Shown: piece by piece, positions 20,917 to 30,394 of the stretch
Position numbering within the stretch: the first letter of the stretch is position 1
Layout of the letters: every line of letters begins with the position of its first letter
IMG/VR virus record: IMGVR_UViG_3300028797_000093
DNA: 64,000 nucleotides
Strand: one strand, 5' to 3'
Source: a virus
Lineage: Duplodnaviria > Caudoviricetes
The notes under the pieces: generated by a model
Seen by the model: only the letters and a program-made list of their open reading frames with translations
Told to the model about the DNA's origin: nothing
Database searches by the model: none
Made by a program: the position numbers and the translations under genes

Positions 20917-21900
20917 TTATTTCAAATAAAATTTAGAAGTCTGAGCTTCTGTCTGATGCTGATAACGTCCATTATACTGAATGGAAGTATCTCCAGCAGG
21001 TACAAAGAAAGAGATTTGACAAATAGGAATATTGGGATAGATAATAATGGGCTGAGCTACAGTAATCTCTAGAGTCCACTTACCATCAAAACCAATATCT
21101 CCAAAACCAGCAGTCTGATGAATAGAAATACCAAGGCGGCCAACAGATGAACGTCCATCAATATTGGGCTGGAATTTATTCGTGAAAGTTCTTTCTTTAG
21201 TAGTAGCAATATAAACCTTACCAGGCATTAGGGGATATCCATCTTCAGGAATAATGAACTCTTCAAATGGATTTTCTTTTAGCATATCTAGATACATAGT
21301 ATGATCATTTTTATTTTTGCTCTGATAAATTGGTCTATATGTCTTAAAGATATTATCAAGAAGCAAATCATATGAATTTGGGCCAATTCTATTCATATCA
21401 AAATCTTCAATCTCAATATTACCCATAATTATTTGACGAACAATCTCACTACCTGTAAGTTTACCACCCACAAGCTGAATACTTTCGTCGTATTTATATT
21501 CAGGAAGTTCTATACCTGCTTCCTTAGCCATCTCTCTATACTTCTTTTCTGCTTCAGCATACTTATTAGTACTAGATTTAGTAGACTTCTTAGGAGCAGG
21601 CTTTTCTTCCTTAACCTCAACAGGAGCCTCTTCATTCTTCTCTTCTGCAGATTTAGAGATAAAACCTCCTAGAGGAATACCTGTGTCTTTTACAGCTATT
21701 TCTTCTAGAGTATTCATTAGATTATCATTATTTGTTTCTTCTGCAACAACAGTAGTTTCAACCTTTACATCTTCAACAGGAGCAGCTTCTGCTACAACAG
21801 CAGGTTCTACTGCTTCTTCAACCTTTGTTTCCTCTACAGCTTCTTTAACTGCTGTAGTTGTCTTCTTTCTAGTGCTAGATGATGTTTTCTTAGTCGCCAT
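20917..21900 (-). CDS. dcd: dCTP deaminase with long low-complexity N-terminal extension
   Basis: IGPNSYDL, GRSSVGRLG, TAGFGDIGFDGKWTLEI, ICQISF, YNGRYQ motifs of dCTP deaminases. Confidence 0.9.
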   Translation of the reverse strand: MATKKTSSSTRKKTTTAVKEAVEETKVEEAVEPAVVAEAAPVEDVKVETTVVAEETNNDNLMNTLEEIAVKDTGIPLGGFISKSAEEKNEEAPVEVKEEKPAPKKSTKSSTNKYAEAEKKYREMAKEAGIELPEYKYDESIQLVGGKLTGSEIVRQIIMGNIEIEDFDMNRIGPNSYDLLLDNIFKTYRPIYQSKNKNDHTMYLDMLKENPFEEFIIPEDGYPLMPGKVYIATTKERTFTNKFQPNIDGRSSVGRLGISIHQTAGFGDIGFDGKWTLEITVAQPIIIYPNIPICQISFFVPAGDTSIQYNGRYQHQTEAQTSKFYLK

Positions 21901-22021
21901 TCTTATTATCTCCTTTATGTAAAGAATTAATTAATAGACACTTTTATTGTAAAAGTTAAGTCTGTAATATTATATAAATTAAATGGGATAGACAAATAAT
22001 TATCTATCCCATATTATATTA

Positions 22022-24658
22022 TCAATACTTACTATACTCCATTAGCTGTTTAAAAGCTGTTGGATGCTTAGTGGTTTTTACTTCTGCAGGATCTGGATCT
22101 AGAATGACAGACTTATAAAAAGAACCAGAAGAGAAAGACTCTTTAATAAGCTTCACATTATCTATATTAGAAGCTATGAAGAGTTCTGTACTGGTTGTAT
22201 TATAATTCTTCAATCTATCAAAATAGATCTTATAAATCTTCCCATAGATATCTAGCTTTCTTTTAATAAGCTCATCAAAATTCTTATATGTAGGTTTCTG
22301 AATATCATCCATCTTTTTAGCATCTACACAGTCAGATAGTCTAATGATTTTATCAATCATCTCGATACACATCTTATCTGGTGTATTGGTTCCAAAGTTG
22401 ATATTCATAAGCTTATATAAGATATTAAGCTGAGAGTAAGTATATTTATAGAAAGGAGCTGTAGCAGCTTCTATAAATTCCAGTACTTTTCTATATCTAT
22501 CTTCTGTTACAAAACATACATAAAGTCCTACAACAGATTCTTGAGAGAAATCCGATGCTGATGTTTTCAGTAACTGGCTACCATTTACATTCTTATTGAA
22601 ATAATATAGTTCACTAAGATCTGGAACTATAGAGAGATATATATTATCATAACAGTATAGGAAGAATAGAGGGAACTTCCTCTTCTTCTTAAATGTAAAC
22701 TTAAGATCTGCAGCTTCATCAATAGAGAAGAAATCTGTATCTATATCTTCTATTAGTAGAAGATCTTTACCCAATCCACTCTCAGAGAAATATTCTGCAT
22801 TCTTTGAGATAGCATTTACAAGATCATTTACTTTTTTACCATTATACTCATCAGCTCTACCACTATAAAGCATATAAATCTTATTATTAATAGACAGATC
22901 TGTCTTTAGCTTCTGTGGTGATACTAATTTCTTATATTCGTTATTATTCCTCAGATTTACATTTGCTACCTGTAACATTCTATCTGTAAAAGATGAGCAT
23001 ACGAATCTATTAGTTTGATTTACATTTATTCCAAAGAGATATTTCAAGAAAGAGATATGGTCAAAACCAAAATCTTCTTTATTCTTCTTAAAATACTCTA
23101 TAGTATACTTAAGATTCTCATAGTACTTCTTCTTAATAAAAGTACAATATACTTCAATATAATGATCTCCATAAATCTCTACAGGTTCAGGACCAAAACC
23201 TCCAAGAGGCTGTTCTGCCTTTAGATCTATAGTACCATCAAAACTCCATGTATCTTTAAGCTCTGCATCAAATGCTATAGCTGCATGAGATACATCACTA
23301 TTGGTAAAGTATTTAATAAGATTAGAAATTACTTTCTTTCTGGATACCAGAATAATAAAGATAGGATATAGCTTCTCTCCTTTACTATTCTCCAAATATC
23401 CAGGAATATCCTCATCTGTAATTCCTCTCAGATCAATAAACTTAGTCTTTTTATCTAAGAAGTCTTTAACTTTTTTATCATTTATAGCTCTATTTTCTGG
23501 ACTAAATGCAACCTCGGGATCCCAGCCCAATTCTAGAATAGATTGCTTTCTAGCATTGAGCTTATCAATATCTCCAGATTCTTCTAGTTCTTGTAGATCA
23601 CTATATAGTCTCTCTAAAGTATGAACTCTGGCAAGATTATGTTCTTTCAGATAATTGATCTGATTATTCTTATATGCTTCAAACCAATCTTTTACTGTTG
23701 TTCCATCTTCAAGAACAGTATTATCAGCTATATTATCAAAACAATTAGTAGTACCAGAGAAAACTCCTAAATCAACCATTCTATCTGCTGTAAAGTATGG
23801 AAGATCATTATAGATAATATCCATATCTACAATATCATTATCCATTACTTCTCTATCAGCAATATCTTTAGTAATAGAATCTTCAAAGAGTTTTCTATCT
23901 AGTTCTGTTTCAAGAAGATTATAGAGATTAAAAGCAGTTTCCATAACCACTTTAGGCTCCTCATATACCATAACCTTCTTCATATACTTTTTAGCAAATG
24001 ATAGAGCATTACTCTTTACTTTATCTGGAGTTACAGATTCTGTAAGAGTATACTCATTATGCTTAAGCTTATAGTAAAGCTCTTCATTATCCATTTTAAA
24101 ATGCTTCTTACAGATAGCATCAGATATAGATCTATCTTTATCTGTCATAGCATAATATTCACCAATGAGATTATCAAGAGCATCAATATTATCACATGGA
24201 TATACTATTGCTACTTCATTTTCTCTTGCTTCTGCTATAGCTTCTTTAATAGATAGATCAAGTTCAGACATCACAGACTCATTGAGTATTGTAGATTTAT
24301 GAATATTATCATACATCATACGGACATGATTATATACTCTATCTTCTTTAGCTTTAATATCCATAGAAGATTCTTCTATATATAGATTATTTGATGTCTG
24401 TGATGTATACATATCTTTTAGAGCCTTATAATGATCAAAGTTATCCATACCAAATATTCTATAAGATTCTACATCAGATTTCTTTCTTACAGACTTTGGC
24501 TGATTCTTAAACTTTTCCCATAGATCATTAAGACTCTCAAGAGTTTCTGTAGGATATATAATGTATATATTACTGCTATAAGTATATTCTATAGCTCTAT
24601 CTATAGAATTCAGATAATCATTCAAAGATAGATCATTCTGCATTCTCTTGCTCACCAC
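22022..24658 (-). CDS. Virion-associated protein with permuted papain-like (YiiX/NlpC-P60) domain
   Basis: IKYFTNSDVSHAAIAFD...FVCSSF gives His-before-Cys permuted catalytic order; many xxE-(S/A) sites; in a late operon. Confidence 0.6.
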   Translation of the reverse strand: MVSKRMQNDLSLNDYLNSIDRAIEYTYSSNIYIIYPTETLESLNDLWEKFKNQPKSVRKKSDVESYRIFGMDNFDHYKALKDMYTSQTSNNLYIEESSMDIKAKEDRVYNHVRMMYDNIHKSTILNESVMSELDLSIKEAIAEARENEVAIVYPCDNIDALDNLIGEYYAMTDKDRSISDAICKKHFKMDNEELYYKLKHNEYTLTESVTPDKVKSNALSFAKKYMKKVMVYEEPKVVMETAFNLYNLLETELDRKLFEDSITKDIADREVMDNDIVDMDIIYNDLPYFTADRMVDLGVFSGTTNCFDNIADNTVLEDGTTVKDWFEAYKNNQINYLKEHNLARVHTLERLYSDLQELEESGDIDKLNARKQSILELGWDPEVAFSPENRAINDKKVKDFLDKKTKFIDLRGITDEDIPGYLENSKGEKLYPIFIILVSRKKVISNLIKYFTNSDVSHAAIAFDAELKDTWSFDGTIDLKAEQPLGGFGPEPVEIYGDHYIEVYCTFIKKKYYENLKYTIEYFKKNKEDFGFDHISFLKYLFGINVNQTNRFVCSSFTDRMLQVANVNLRNNNEYKKLVSPQKLKTDLSINNKIYMLYSGRADEYNGKKVNDLVNAISKNAEYFSESGLGKDLLLIEDIDTDFFSIDEAADLKFTFKKKRKFPLFFLYCYDNIYLSIVPDLSELYYFNKNVNGSQLLKTSASDFSQESVVGLYVCFVTEDRYRKVLEFIEAATAPFYKYTYSQLNILYKLMNINFGTNTPDKMCIEMIDKIIRLSDCVDAKKMDDIQKPTYKNFDELIKRKLDIYGKIYKIYFDRLKNYNTTSTELFIASNIDNVKLIKESFSSGSFYKSVILDPDPAEVKTTKHPTAFKQLMEYSKY

Positions 24659-26123
24659 CTAGCTGCTTTTTAGTGAACCTGATCTGTTTCTCTACTACTT
24701 TAATCTTTGGAATAATATAATTCTTAATAGTATCATCAGATGGTCTCACTTCATAGTAAGAACTACAGATAGTAATTCCATCATCATCTTTAATCTTCTC
24801 ATGTACAAAATATCCATCAGGATTATGAGAAACTCCATAGCTATCATCTATATCTTCAGTATCAATAAATACTGGTTTGCCACTTAGATCATCATTAGAT
24901 AGCTTTATAGTATTCTTTACATAGTCATCTGTATATATAGGATCTATTCTCTTAAACTTATCAGAGAATATAATCTCATCAGGATCTAATACCTTTCTAT
25001 TTAGAAGAGTGGATAGTATAAAGTTACTATCTACCTCTTTTCCACTTTTTAGTGCATCTATAATGACATTTTTAAAATTAGTTGGATCATCACTTCCTGA
25101 GAACTCATAAATCAATTGATCTGGGAGTGGTAAATCATCAACTTTGATCATTTTTAGGGTATTACAGTGTTCTAGTACTGCTATATCGTCAAAAAGGGCA
25201 TAAATGCCTATATTTTCACTATTTTCATCATCTTCACCACTAAAAGCATTATTCATCATAGTGGGAATTACATATACACTACTAGGTCCTGCAGGAGGTA
25301 CTCCTCCCATAGCTCCAGTACCGACAGGAGTGTTCTCATTGATAGATATCTTGACTCCTCTGTCAGGTTCTACTATATCATATTTAATATCAGCAAGGAT
25401 TTCAAATAGTTGTAAGAAGTTATTATTAGTCAGTCTAAGGTAATTAAAAGTACCTTTATCTGTAATCATCTCTTCTTTAGCTACTTGTTTCTCTCTGTAA
25501 GATTTCATAGGTCTATTATTAGGATTATCTCCACCATCTTTTACTTCTATCACAAGATTAGCAGGGATATAATAAAGGTCTGTAATCCAAAAATGCTTCT
25601 TTCCACCATAATCATATTCAAATACTGGACCTGGGGATTGAATATCCTTACCATCTACATTTAGAGCTTTATCAAAGAACTCCAGTAGCTTCTTCTCATA
25701 TTGTCCAGTATAAGGAACCACTGTTCCATCAGTAGAGAATTTATAAGTACCAGAAATTTTCCTTCTGGCAAGCATCTTCTCCTGCTGTTCAGGTTCATCA
25801 AGAAGATGAGGTTTATTATAAACTCTCATCATATTATTTACAGAAGTCTGTCTAACTGCTTCTCTACAGCTAGGTTTATTACAAAGATTTTTATATTTAG
25901 ATAACTTCTCATCCCAATCATAAACCTTATCTTTACAAATCATACAAGTTCCATAATTCTTTTTATTTACTACTTCATATATAACTCTAGCAGCTGTGTA
26001 TCCCTCTGGGATCATTTCAGGATGCTTTGTTTCTACATGCTCTATCAAATCAGTTCGTAAGAACTTAGTATCACAATATGGACACATATATCTTTTATTT
26101 GTCTTATATTGCTTGGTAGCCAT
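24633..26123 (-). CDS. C2H2 zinc finger + TnsA/T4 gp4-like PD-(D/E)xK nuclease
   Basis: CPYC...HVETKH; YEKKLLEFFD...WITDLYY...VIEVKD; late promoter at 26160-26171. Confidence 0.6.
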   Translation of the reverse strand: MATKQYKTNKRYMCPYCDTKFLRTDLIEHVETKHPEMIPEGYTAARVIYEVVNKKNYGTCMICKDKVYDWDEKLSKYKNLCNKPSCREAVRQTSVNNMMRVYNKPHLLDEPEQQEKMLARRKISGTYKFSTDGTVVPYTGQYEKKLLEFFDKALNVDGKDIQSPGPVFEYDYGGKKHFWITDLYYIPANLVIEVKDGGDNPNNRPMKSYREKQVAKEEMITDKGTFNYLRLTNNNFLQLFEILADIKYDIVEPDRGVKISINENTPVGTGAMGGVPPAGPSSVYVIPTMMNNAFSGEDDENSENIGIYALFDDIAVLEHCNTLKMIKVDDLPLPDQLIYEFSGSDDPTNFKNVIIDALKSGKEVDSNFILSTLLNRKVLDPDEIIFSDKFKRIDPIYTDDYVKNTIKLSNDDLSGKPVFIDTEDIDDSYGVSHNPDGYFVHEKIKDDDGITICSSYYEVRPSDDTIKNYIIPKIKVVEKQIRFTKKQLGGEQENAE

Positions 26124-26201
26124 ATTCTACCTCCATTAACTTATATAGAATTGTTTAATTATCATTATGTTGATGCAATGATTGTATTCATTTAAATTGA
26201 A

Positions 26202-26305
26202 TTGTAATAGTTTATATTTTAAATTATATATCATAGATATGAATATAGGGTAGTAGCTATAGACTACTACCCTATATTTTATCCCACCTCAGAGAGGAGG
26301 TGAAA
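26202..26305 (+). promoter_or_regulatory. Early-type promoter plus structured leader (cassette copy 2)
   Basis: About 57 nt identical to 26874 onward; TAGGGTAGTAG/CTACTACCCTA hairpin; CACCTC pairs with the SD GAGGTG. Confidence 0.7.
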
Positions 26306-26309
26306 AACA

Positions 26310-26492
26310 ATGCTCAAACAATATAGTTTATCTCAGCAATATGATCAGTTTATGAAAAAGACTGATCCATACTGGGAAAACAAAGAAAATTACCGGGTCC
26401 AGGAAGAGTATAAGAAAATACTCAAACTAGACCCAGTAACCCCAATGTGGCTCAGGAGCCCAATTCCTGAGAACATGTCTATGGATGTATAA
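26310..26492 (+). CDS. Small protein of 4-copy paralog family
   Basis: TDPYWENKENYRVQEEY...SMDV, near-identical core to 9021..9209. Confidence 0.75.
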   Translation: MLKQYSLSQQYDQFMKKTDPYWENKENYRVQEEYKKILKLDPVTPMWLRSPIPENMSMDV

Positions 26493-26622
26493 TTCATGAC
26501 ATGTTTGAGAGTGAGTCTAGTGACAATAGGCTCACTCTCTTTCAATATAATGTGGTTTATTTTTTATATTTAATTATGATTAGTATATTATAGTAATAGA
26601 ATAAAAGAGGAGGATTGTTCAA

Positions 26623-26832
26623 ATGGTTAACCCTATTAGTATTGATATCGCTAAAGCAAATAGTGAGATCATGGAAGTTAATATGAAACTTCTTGATAAA
26701 CTATTTGACAGAAAGATTATCACTCCTGAAGAGTATGATACAGAATTGAGAAAGATGGCTGATACTGCAGGTATTTCTTACTATAAACCACCAGAACCTC
26801 CTAAGCCTAAAAAGAGTATTTTCTATAAGTAA
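26623..26832 (+). CDS. Small SHOCT-like protein
   Basis: LLDKLFDRKIITPEEYD resembles the SHOCT motif; GAGGAGG SD. Confidence 0.5.
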   Translation: MVNPISIDIAKANSEIMEVNMKLLDKLFDRKIITPEEYDTELRKMADTAGISYYKPPEPPKPKKSIFYK

Positions 26833-26873
26833 AGAATATAAGAGAGAAGTTTATATACTTCTCTCTTATTTTT

Positions 26874-26980
26874 TTGTAATAGTTTATATTTTAAATTATA
26901 TATCATAGATATGAATATAGGGTAGTAGCTCTGAACTACTACCCTATACTTCTATTCCACCTTGGAGAGGAGGTGAAATA
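26874..26980 (+). promoter_or_regulatory. Early-type promoter plus structured leader (cassette copy 3)
   Basis: Direct repeat of 26202-26305. Confidence 0.7.
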
Positions 26981-26982
26981 AG

Positions 26983-27165
26983 ATGGTGTCTCTATCAGAT
27001 CAATTTGATCTTGTCGTAAGAACAACTGGATCTGATAACAGAGACTGGGACAACGATAGGATCCGAGATGAACTCATGAAAATGAACATTGAGGAATCTA
27101 GAGTTCCCACTTGGGTAGCTATGGAGATAGCACAATACCCAAACAATTGGTCAATGGATATATAA
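26983..27165 (+). CDS. Small protein of 4-copy paralog family
   Basis: SLSDQFD...WSMDI; same leader as the other copies. Confidence 0.7.
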   Translation: MVSLSDQFDLVVRTTGSDNRDWDNDRIRDELMKMNIEESRVPTWVAMEIAQYPNNWSMDI

Positions 27166-27312
27166 CCATTTGATCAATCTTCCTCATATTAAGGTCGGTG
27201 GATGAAAAGTCCATGTCGGATCATTTATAAGAGGGTGAGTTGGCACAAACAGCTCATCCTCTTATTATATAGTAAGTGTTAGTATTTGTTTATATAAAGG
27301 AAGGAGAAAACA

Positions 27313-27384
27313 ATGAAGAAGATTATCAATAAACTGAACAGAATTATCTTTGAAAAACTGTTCAAGCAGGTTAATATCTGCTAA
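27313..27384 (+). CDS. 23-aa amphipathic peptide MKKIINKLNRIIFEKLFKQVNIC (not in ORF track)
   Basis: AAGGAAGGAG SD immediately upstream; terminator hairpin at 27390-27427 downstream. Confidence 0.55.
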   Translation: MKKIINKLNRIIFEKLFKQVNIC

Positions 27385-27502
27385 AGAAAATATAGGGGAG
27401 GCTTTAAAACCTCTCCTATATTTTTTATAATAATTATATATAATATAATAGAGTAAGTTATTTGAAAGGGGATTATTAGCTTGTATTTTAGAGGATTTAT
27501 GT

Positions 27503-27943
27503 ATGTATTACACTAGTAAGAAACATAAAAGCGGAGGAAGGATATACAACTCAGAGTTGTATATGACTAAAGAAGGAAAATTATCTATATATAATATGGA
27601 ACGTGGTGTGAAAATGAGAGAATTCACATCAGCTTCTCAAATATACAGAATGGAAATATATCTATCTTCTGGTATTAGAAGTAAAGCTGTTACTACAAAA
27701 GAAGAGACTAAGAGAATAGCTGAGAAATATAGATTGGAGAAACATCCTTGTGAAGGAAATCCTAAATATAAAGGTGATACTCAATTTATTTATGATGAAT
27801 TAAGAAGAACCTTTACTAATGTAGATTGGGATTCTAGATTCCCTAATCACGATGGTAAAGGATATAAAAGACTAGTATATGCTCTATTATATGGAGAAAA
27901 TAGATGCACAGTAATTAAAAAGGAGGAGCAGAATGAGATATAA
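27503..27943 (+). CDS. Hypothetical protein (possible NUMOD1-like DNA-binding)
   Basis: 146 aa ORF; REFTSASQI resembles the NUMOD1 start only weakly. Confidence 0.5.
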   Translation: MYYTSKKHKSGGRIYNSELYMTKEGKLSIYNMERGVKMREFTSASQIYRMEIYLSSGIRSKAVTTKEETKRIAEKYRLEKHPCEGNPKYKGDTQFIYDELRRTFTNVDWDSRFPNHDGKGYKRLVYALLYGENRCTVIKKEEQNEI

Positions 27944-29108
27944 ATTACGTAATGAAATTGCTAAATCTTTTGATATATATGATCTTCCTGAAAAGAATGT
28001 AGATGAAGAAATTAAAGCACTCTTTAATAAGCTTGATCTAGTTGATCTATTTAGAACTTCATTGAATAATGTTTCTATCTCAGCAGAAGGACATATAGAA
28101 GGTTTTTATGCTCAAATTAAGTATTGTCTTACTACAGATAAAACATCCATTGAGGATAAGAATAATATACTGGTCACTATGTATAATTCTATCTTCGTAT
28201 TGTTCGCTTGTATAACTGGATTAGATACTCGTTTCGCTACATTGGTTAATAATGATAAGAGGGTGAATCCTGTTAATTTTATTGAAGTTTTTCTCACTAA
28301 ATGTCTTTATGATTGGATGTATACTAGTGAGAATAAATATCTCCAGTGTGCTGCTACATTTATTCTAGTAAGAGCAACTGCATATTCTTTTAAAGATTTC
28401 TTAAATCTGAGAGATAAGATCTTTATTGATTTTAATACAAACAATCTTTATAATATGACTCATGTAGAGTTTATTGCAAGAACTACTATAGACATTCAGA
28501 ATCAAGATCATTATAAAATCCTCATGTATTATATCTTGAACTATATCTTTGGAGAACTTGGTATTAATTATTATACCAATAACAAAGATGAAGATATTAA
28601 GATTAAGAATAAAGTAATTAATGATGTATATGAACTACTCTACTACAATCAGGATTCTAATAATATATATGATGTAATGATCAGATGTGCAGCATATAGA
28701 GTTATTAGACTCAGAAAACCTGATTTGATTGATATGGTAGAATATGAAGATGTAGAAGATGATGATAATGAGATTGATCATACATACTATATGTATATAG
28801 GAGAAGATGAATTTTATAAATGCACTATTAATGAACTCACAGCATTTAAGAAACTGGAAGATGGAAGTTATCTAGTATCTGAATATTCTATTGATGCTGT
28901 ATGTTTTGATAAAGAATGGTTCATCCATCATCCCAATGAAGAATATATTATAGTAGATGAAGCTCCTGAATTCTTTGAAGTTATTCATAATGAGTTTTTC
29001 GATATGGCTTTCAATAGTGATCCAGATCTATTTGATAGACCTTTCATACTCTACTATGACAGAGAGTCTGCAAAGAGAGCTTTCATGGAAAGAAAGAAAA
29101 TAAAATAA
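27933..29108 (+). CDS. Hypothetical protein
   Basis: 391 aa; AGGAGG SD; terminator at 29113-29148. Confidence 0.7.
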   Translation: MRYKLRNEIAKSFDIYDLPEKNVDEEIKALFNKLDLVDLFRTSLNNVSISAEGHIEGFYAQIKYCLTTDKTSIEDKNNILVTMYNSIFVLFACITGLDTRFATLVNNDKRVNPVNFIEVFLTKCLYDWMYTSENKYLQCAATFILVRATAYSFKDFLNLRDKIFIDFNTNNLYNMTHVEFIARTTIDIQNQDHYKILMYYILNYIFGELGINYYTNNKDEDIKIKNKVINDVYELLYYNQDSNNIYDVMIRCAAYRVIRLRKPDLIDMVEYEDVEDDDNEIDHTYYMYIGEDEFYKCTINELTAFKKLEDGSYLVSEYSIDAVCFDKEWFIHHPNEEYIIVDEAPEFFEVIHNEFFDMAFNSDPDLFDRPFILYYDRESAKRAFMERKKIK

Positions 29109-29152
29109 TATAAAATAAAGGATAGGAGTTTCCTATCCTTTATTTTTTATAA

Positions 29153-30233
29153 TAAAAGCTACGAGTACTACATATGCTTATCGTGGTGGTGCCTCTAGTT
29201 CTGGCTTTTATTGTGGCATTTTCTATGTTAATCTGAACACTGCTGCTTCTGGGCATGTATGGTCTCTTGGCGCCACACTATCATTTAAACCATCTTTTCT
29301 TTTTATTGTGATTATTTTGCTCAAAGTAGTGGTACTCATTATGCTCTTCGTGGTGGTCGCTCTGGTAATGGCTTTCTTTGTGGCGTTTTCTATGTTCTTC
29401 TGAACTCTACTGCTTCTGGGTATGTCTGGAATTTTGGCGCCACACTATCATTTAAACTTAATATATAAAGCTACGAGTACTACATATCCTAGATGTGGTG
29501 GTGCCTCGAACGATGGTTCTCGGTGTGGGGTTTTCTTTGTTACTCTGGGCAACAGCTCTGGTGCTACCAACTGGTACGCTGGCGCCGCCATATCATTTAA
29601 CTTATGGTATTATTTTTCTCAAAGTAGTGGTGCTCATTATGTTCGTCGTGGCGGTCGCTGTACTAATGGTTTCAATTGTGGTTTCGCTTATATTTCTCTG
29701 TACGATTCGTTTTCTACTGCAGGCTGGTATTCTGGCGCTGCCCTATCATTTAAACCATATATAAAGCTACGAGTACTACATATGCATATCGTGGTGGTCT
29801 CTCTAGGGATGACTTTTATTGTGGTTGCGCTTGTGTTAACCTCAACTACAACTATAATAATGCCAGCTGGCGTATTGGCGCTGCCCTATCATTTAAATAA
29901 GGGCAGCTATTATTGTGATTATTTTTCTCAAAGTAGTGGTACCAGGTATTCTATTCGTGGTGGTAACTGTAGTGCTGGCTCTAATTGTGGTTTCGTCTAT
30001 GTTCATCTTAGTGTTTCGTTTTCTAACTACTCTTGGAATCGTGGCGCCGCCATATCATTTAAACCATCTCTTCTTTTTATTGTGATTATTTTTATCAAAG
30101 TAGTGGTGCTCACTATTCTTATCGTGGTGGTGTTTCTACAAGTGGGCTCGGTTGTGGCGTTTTCTATGTTAATCTGGACGGTACTGCTTCTAGGGCTGGT
30201 TGGTATCTTGGCGCCGCCCTATCATTTAAATAA
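29153..30233 (+). repeat. Tandem array of 7 DGR-variable-region-like cassettes (C-type lectin C-terminus), non-coding as arranged
   Basis: Units at about 29155, 29304, 29464, 29608, 29760, 29908, 30078. Each reads (KATSTTY or YCDYFxQSSGxHY)xxRGGxxxxGxxCGxxxVxLxxxxxxxxWxxGA(A/T)(L/I)SF and ends GGCGC(C/T)(GCC/ACA)(C/A)TATCATTTAA. Confidence 0.85.
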
Positions 30234-30236
30234 ACA

Positions 30237-30317
30237 AAAATAATAGTAGAAGACCTCACCTGTCTTCTACTATTATTACTGAAAAGGAGCGTACCGAATG
30301 AGCATGATCGCGTGCCT
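30237..30317 (-). ncRNA. Putative ~80-nt small RNA
   Basis: AACATATTAATA promoter at 30328-30317(-); GC-rich ORF-less body containing CTCCTTTTC; terminator hairpin 30239-30277. Confidence 0.4.
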
Positions 30318-30394
30318 ATTAATATGTTAATTAGATAATTATAATGGATTGTATATTATAGTAAAGGAATTATAATACCATCGGAGGATAAATA

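Noticed and set aside
29153-30233. CRISPR array
   Set aside because: The variable parts are mutually homologous, codon-structured and equal in length rather than unrelated spacers; no cas genes in the window
29422-30243. 273-aa ORF (and 29495..29764) across array 1 as a real gene
   Set aside because: Starts mid-unit with no SD and drifts in and out of the lectin frame; it is open only because the repeat is stop-poor
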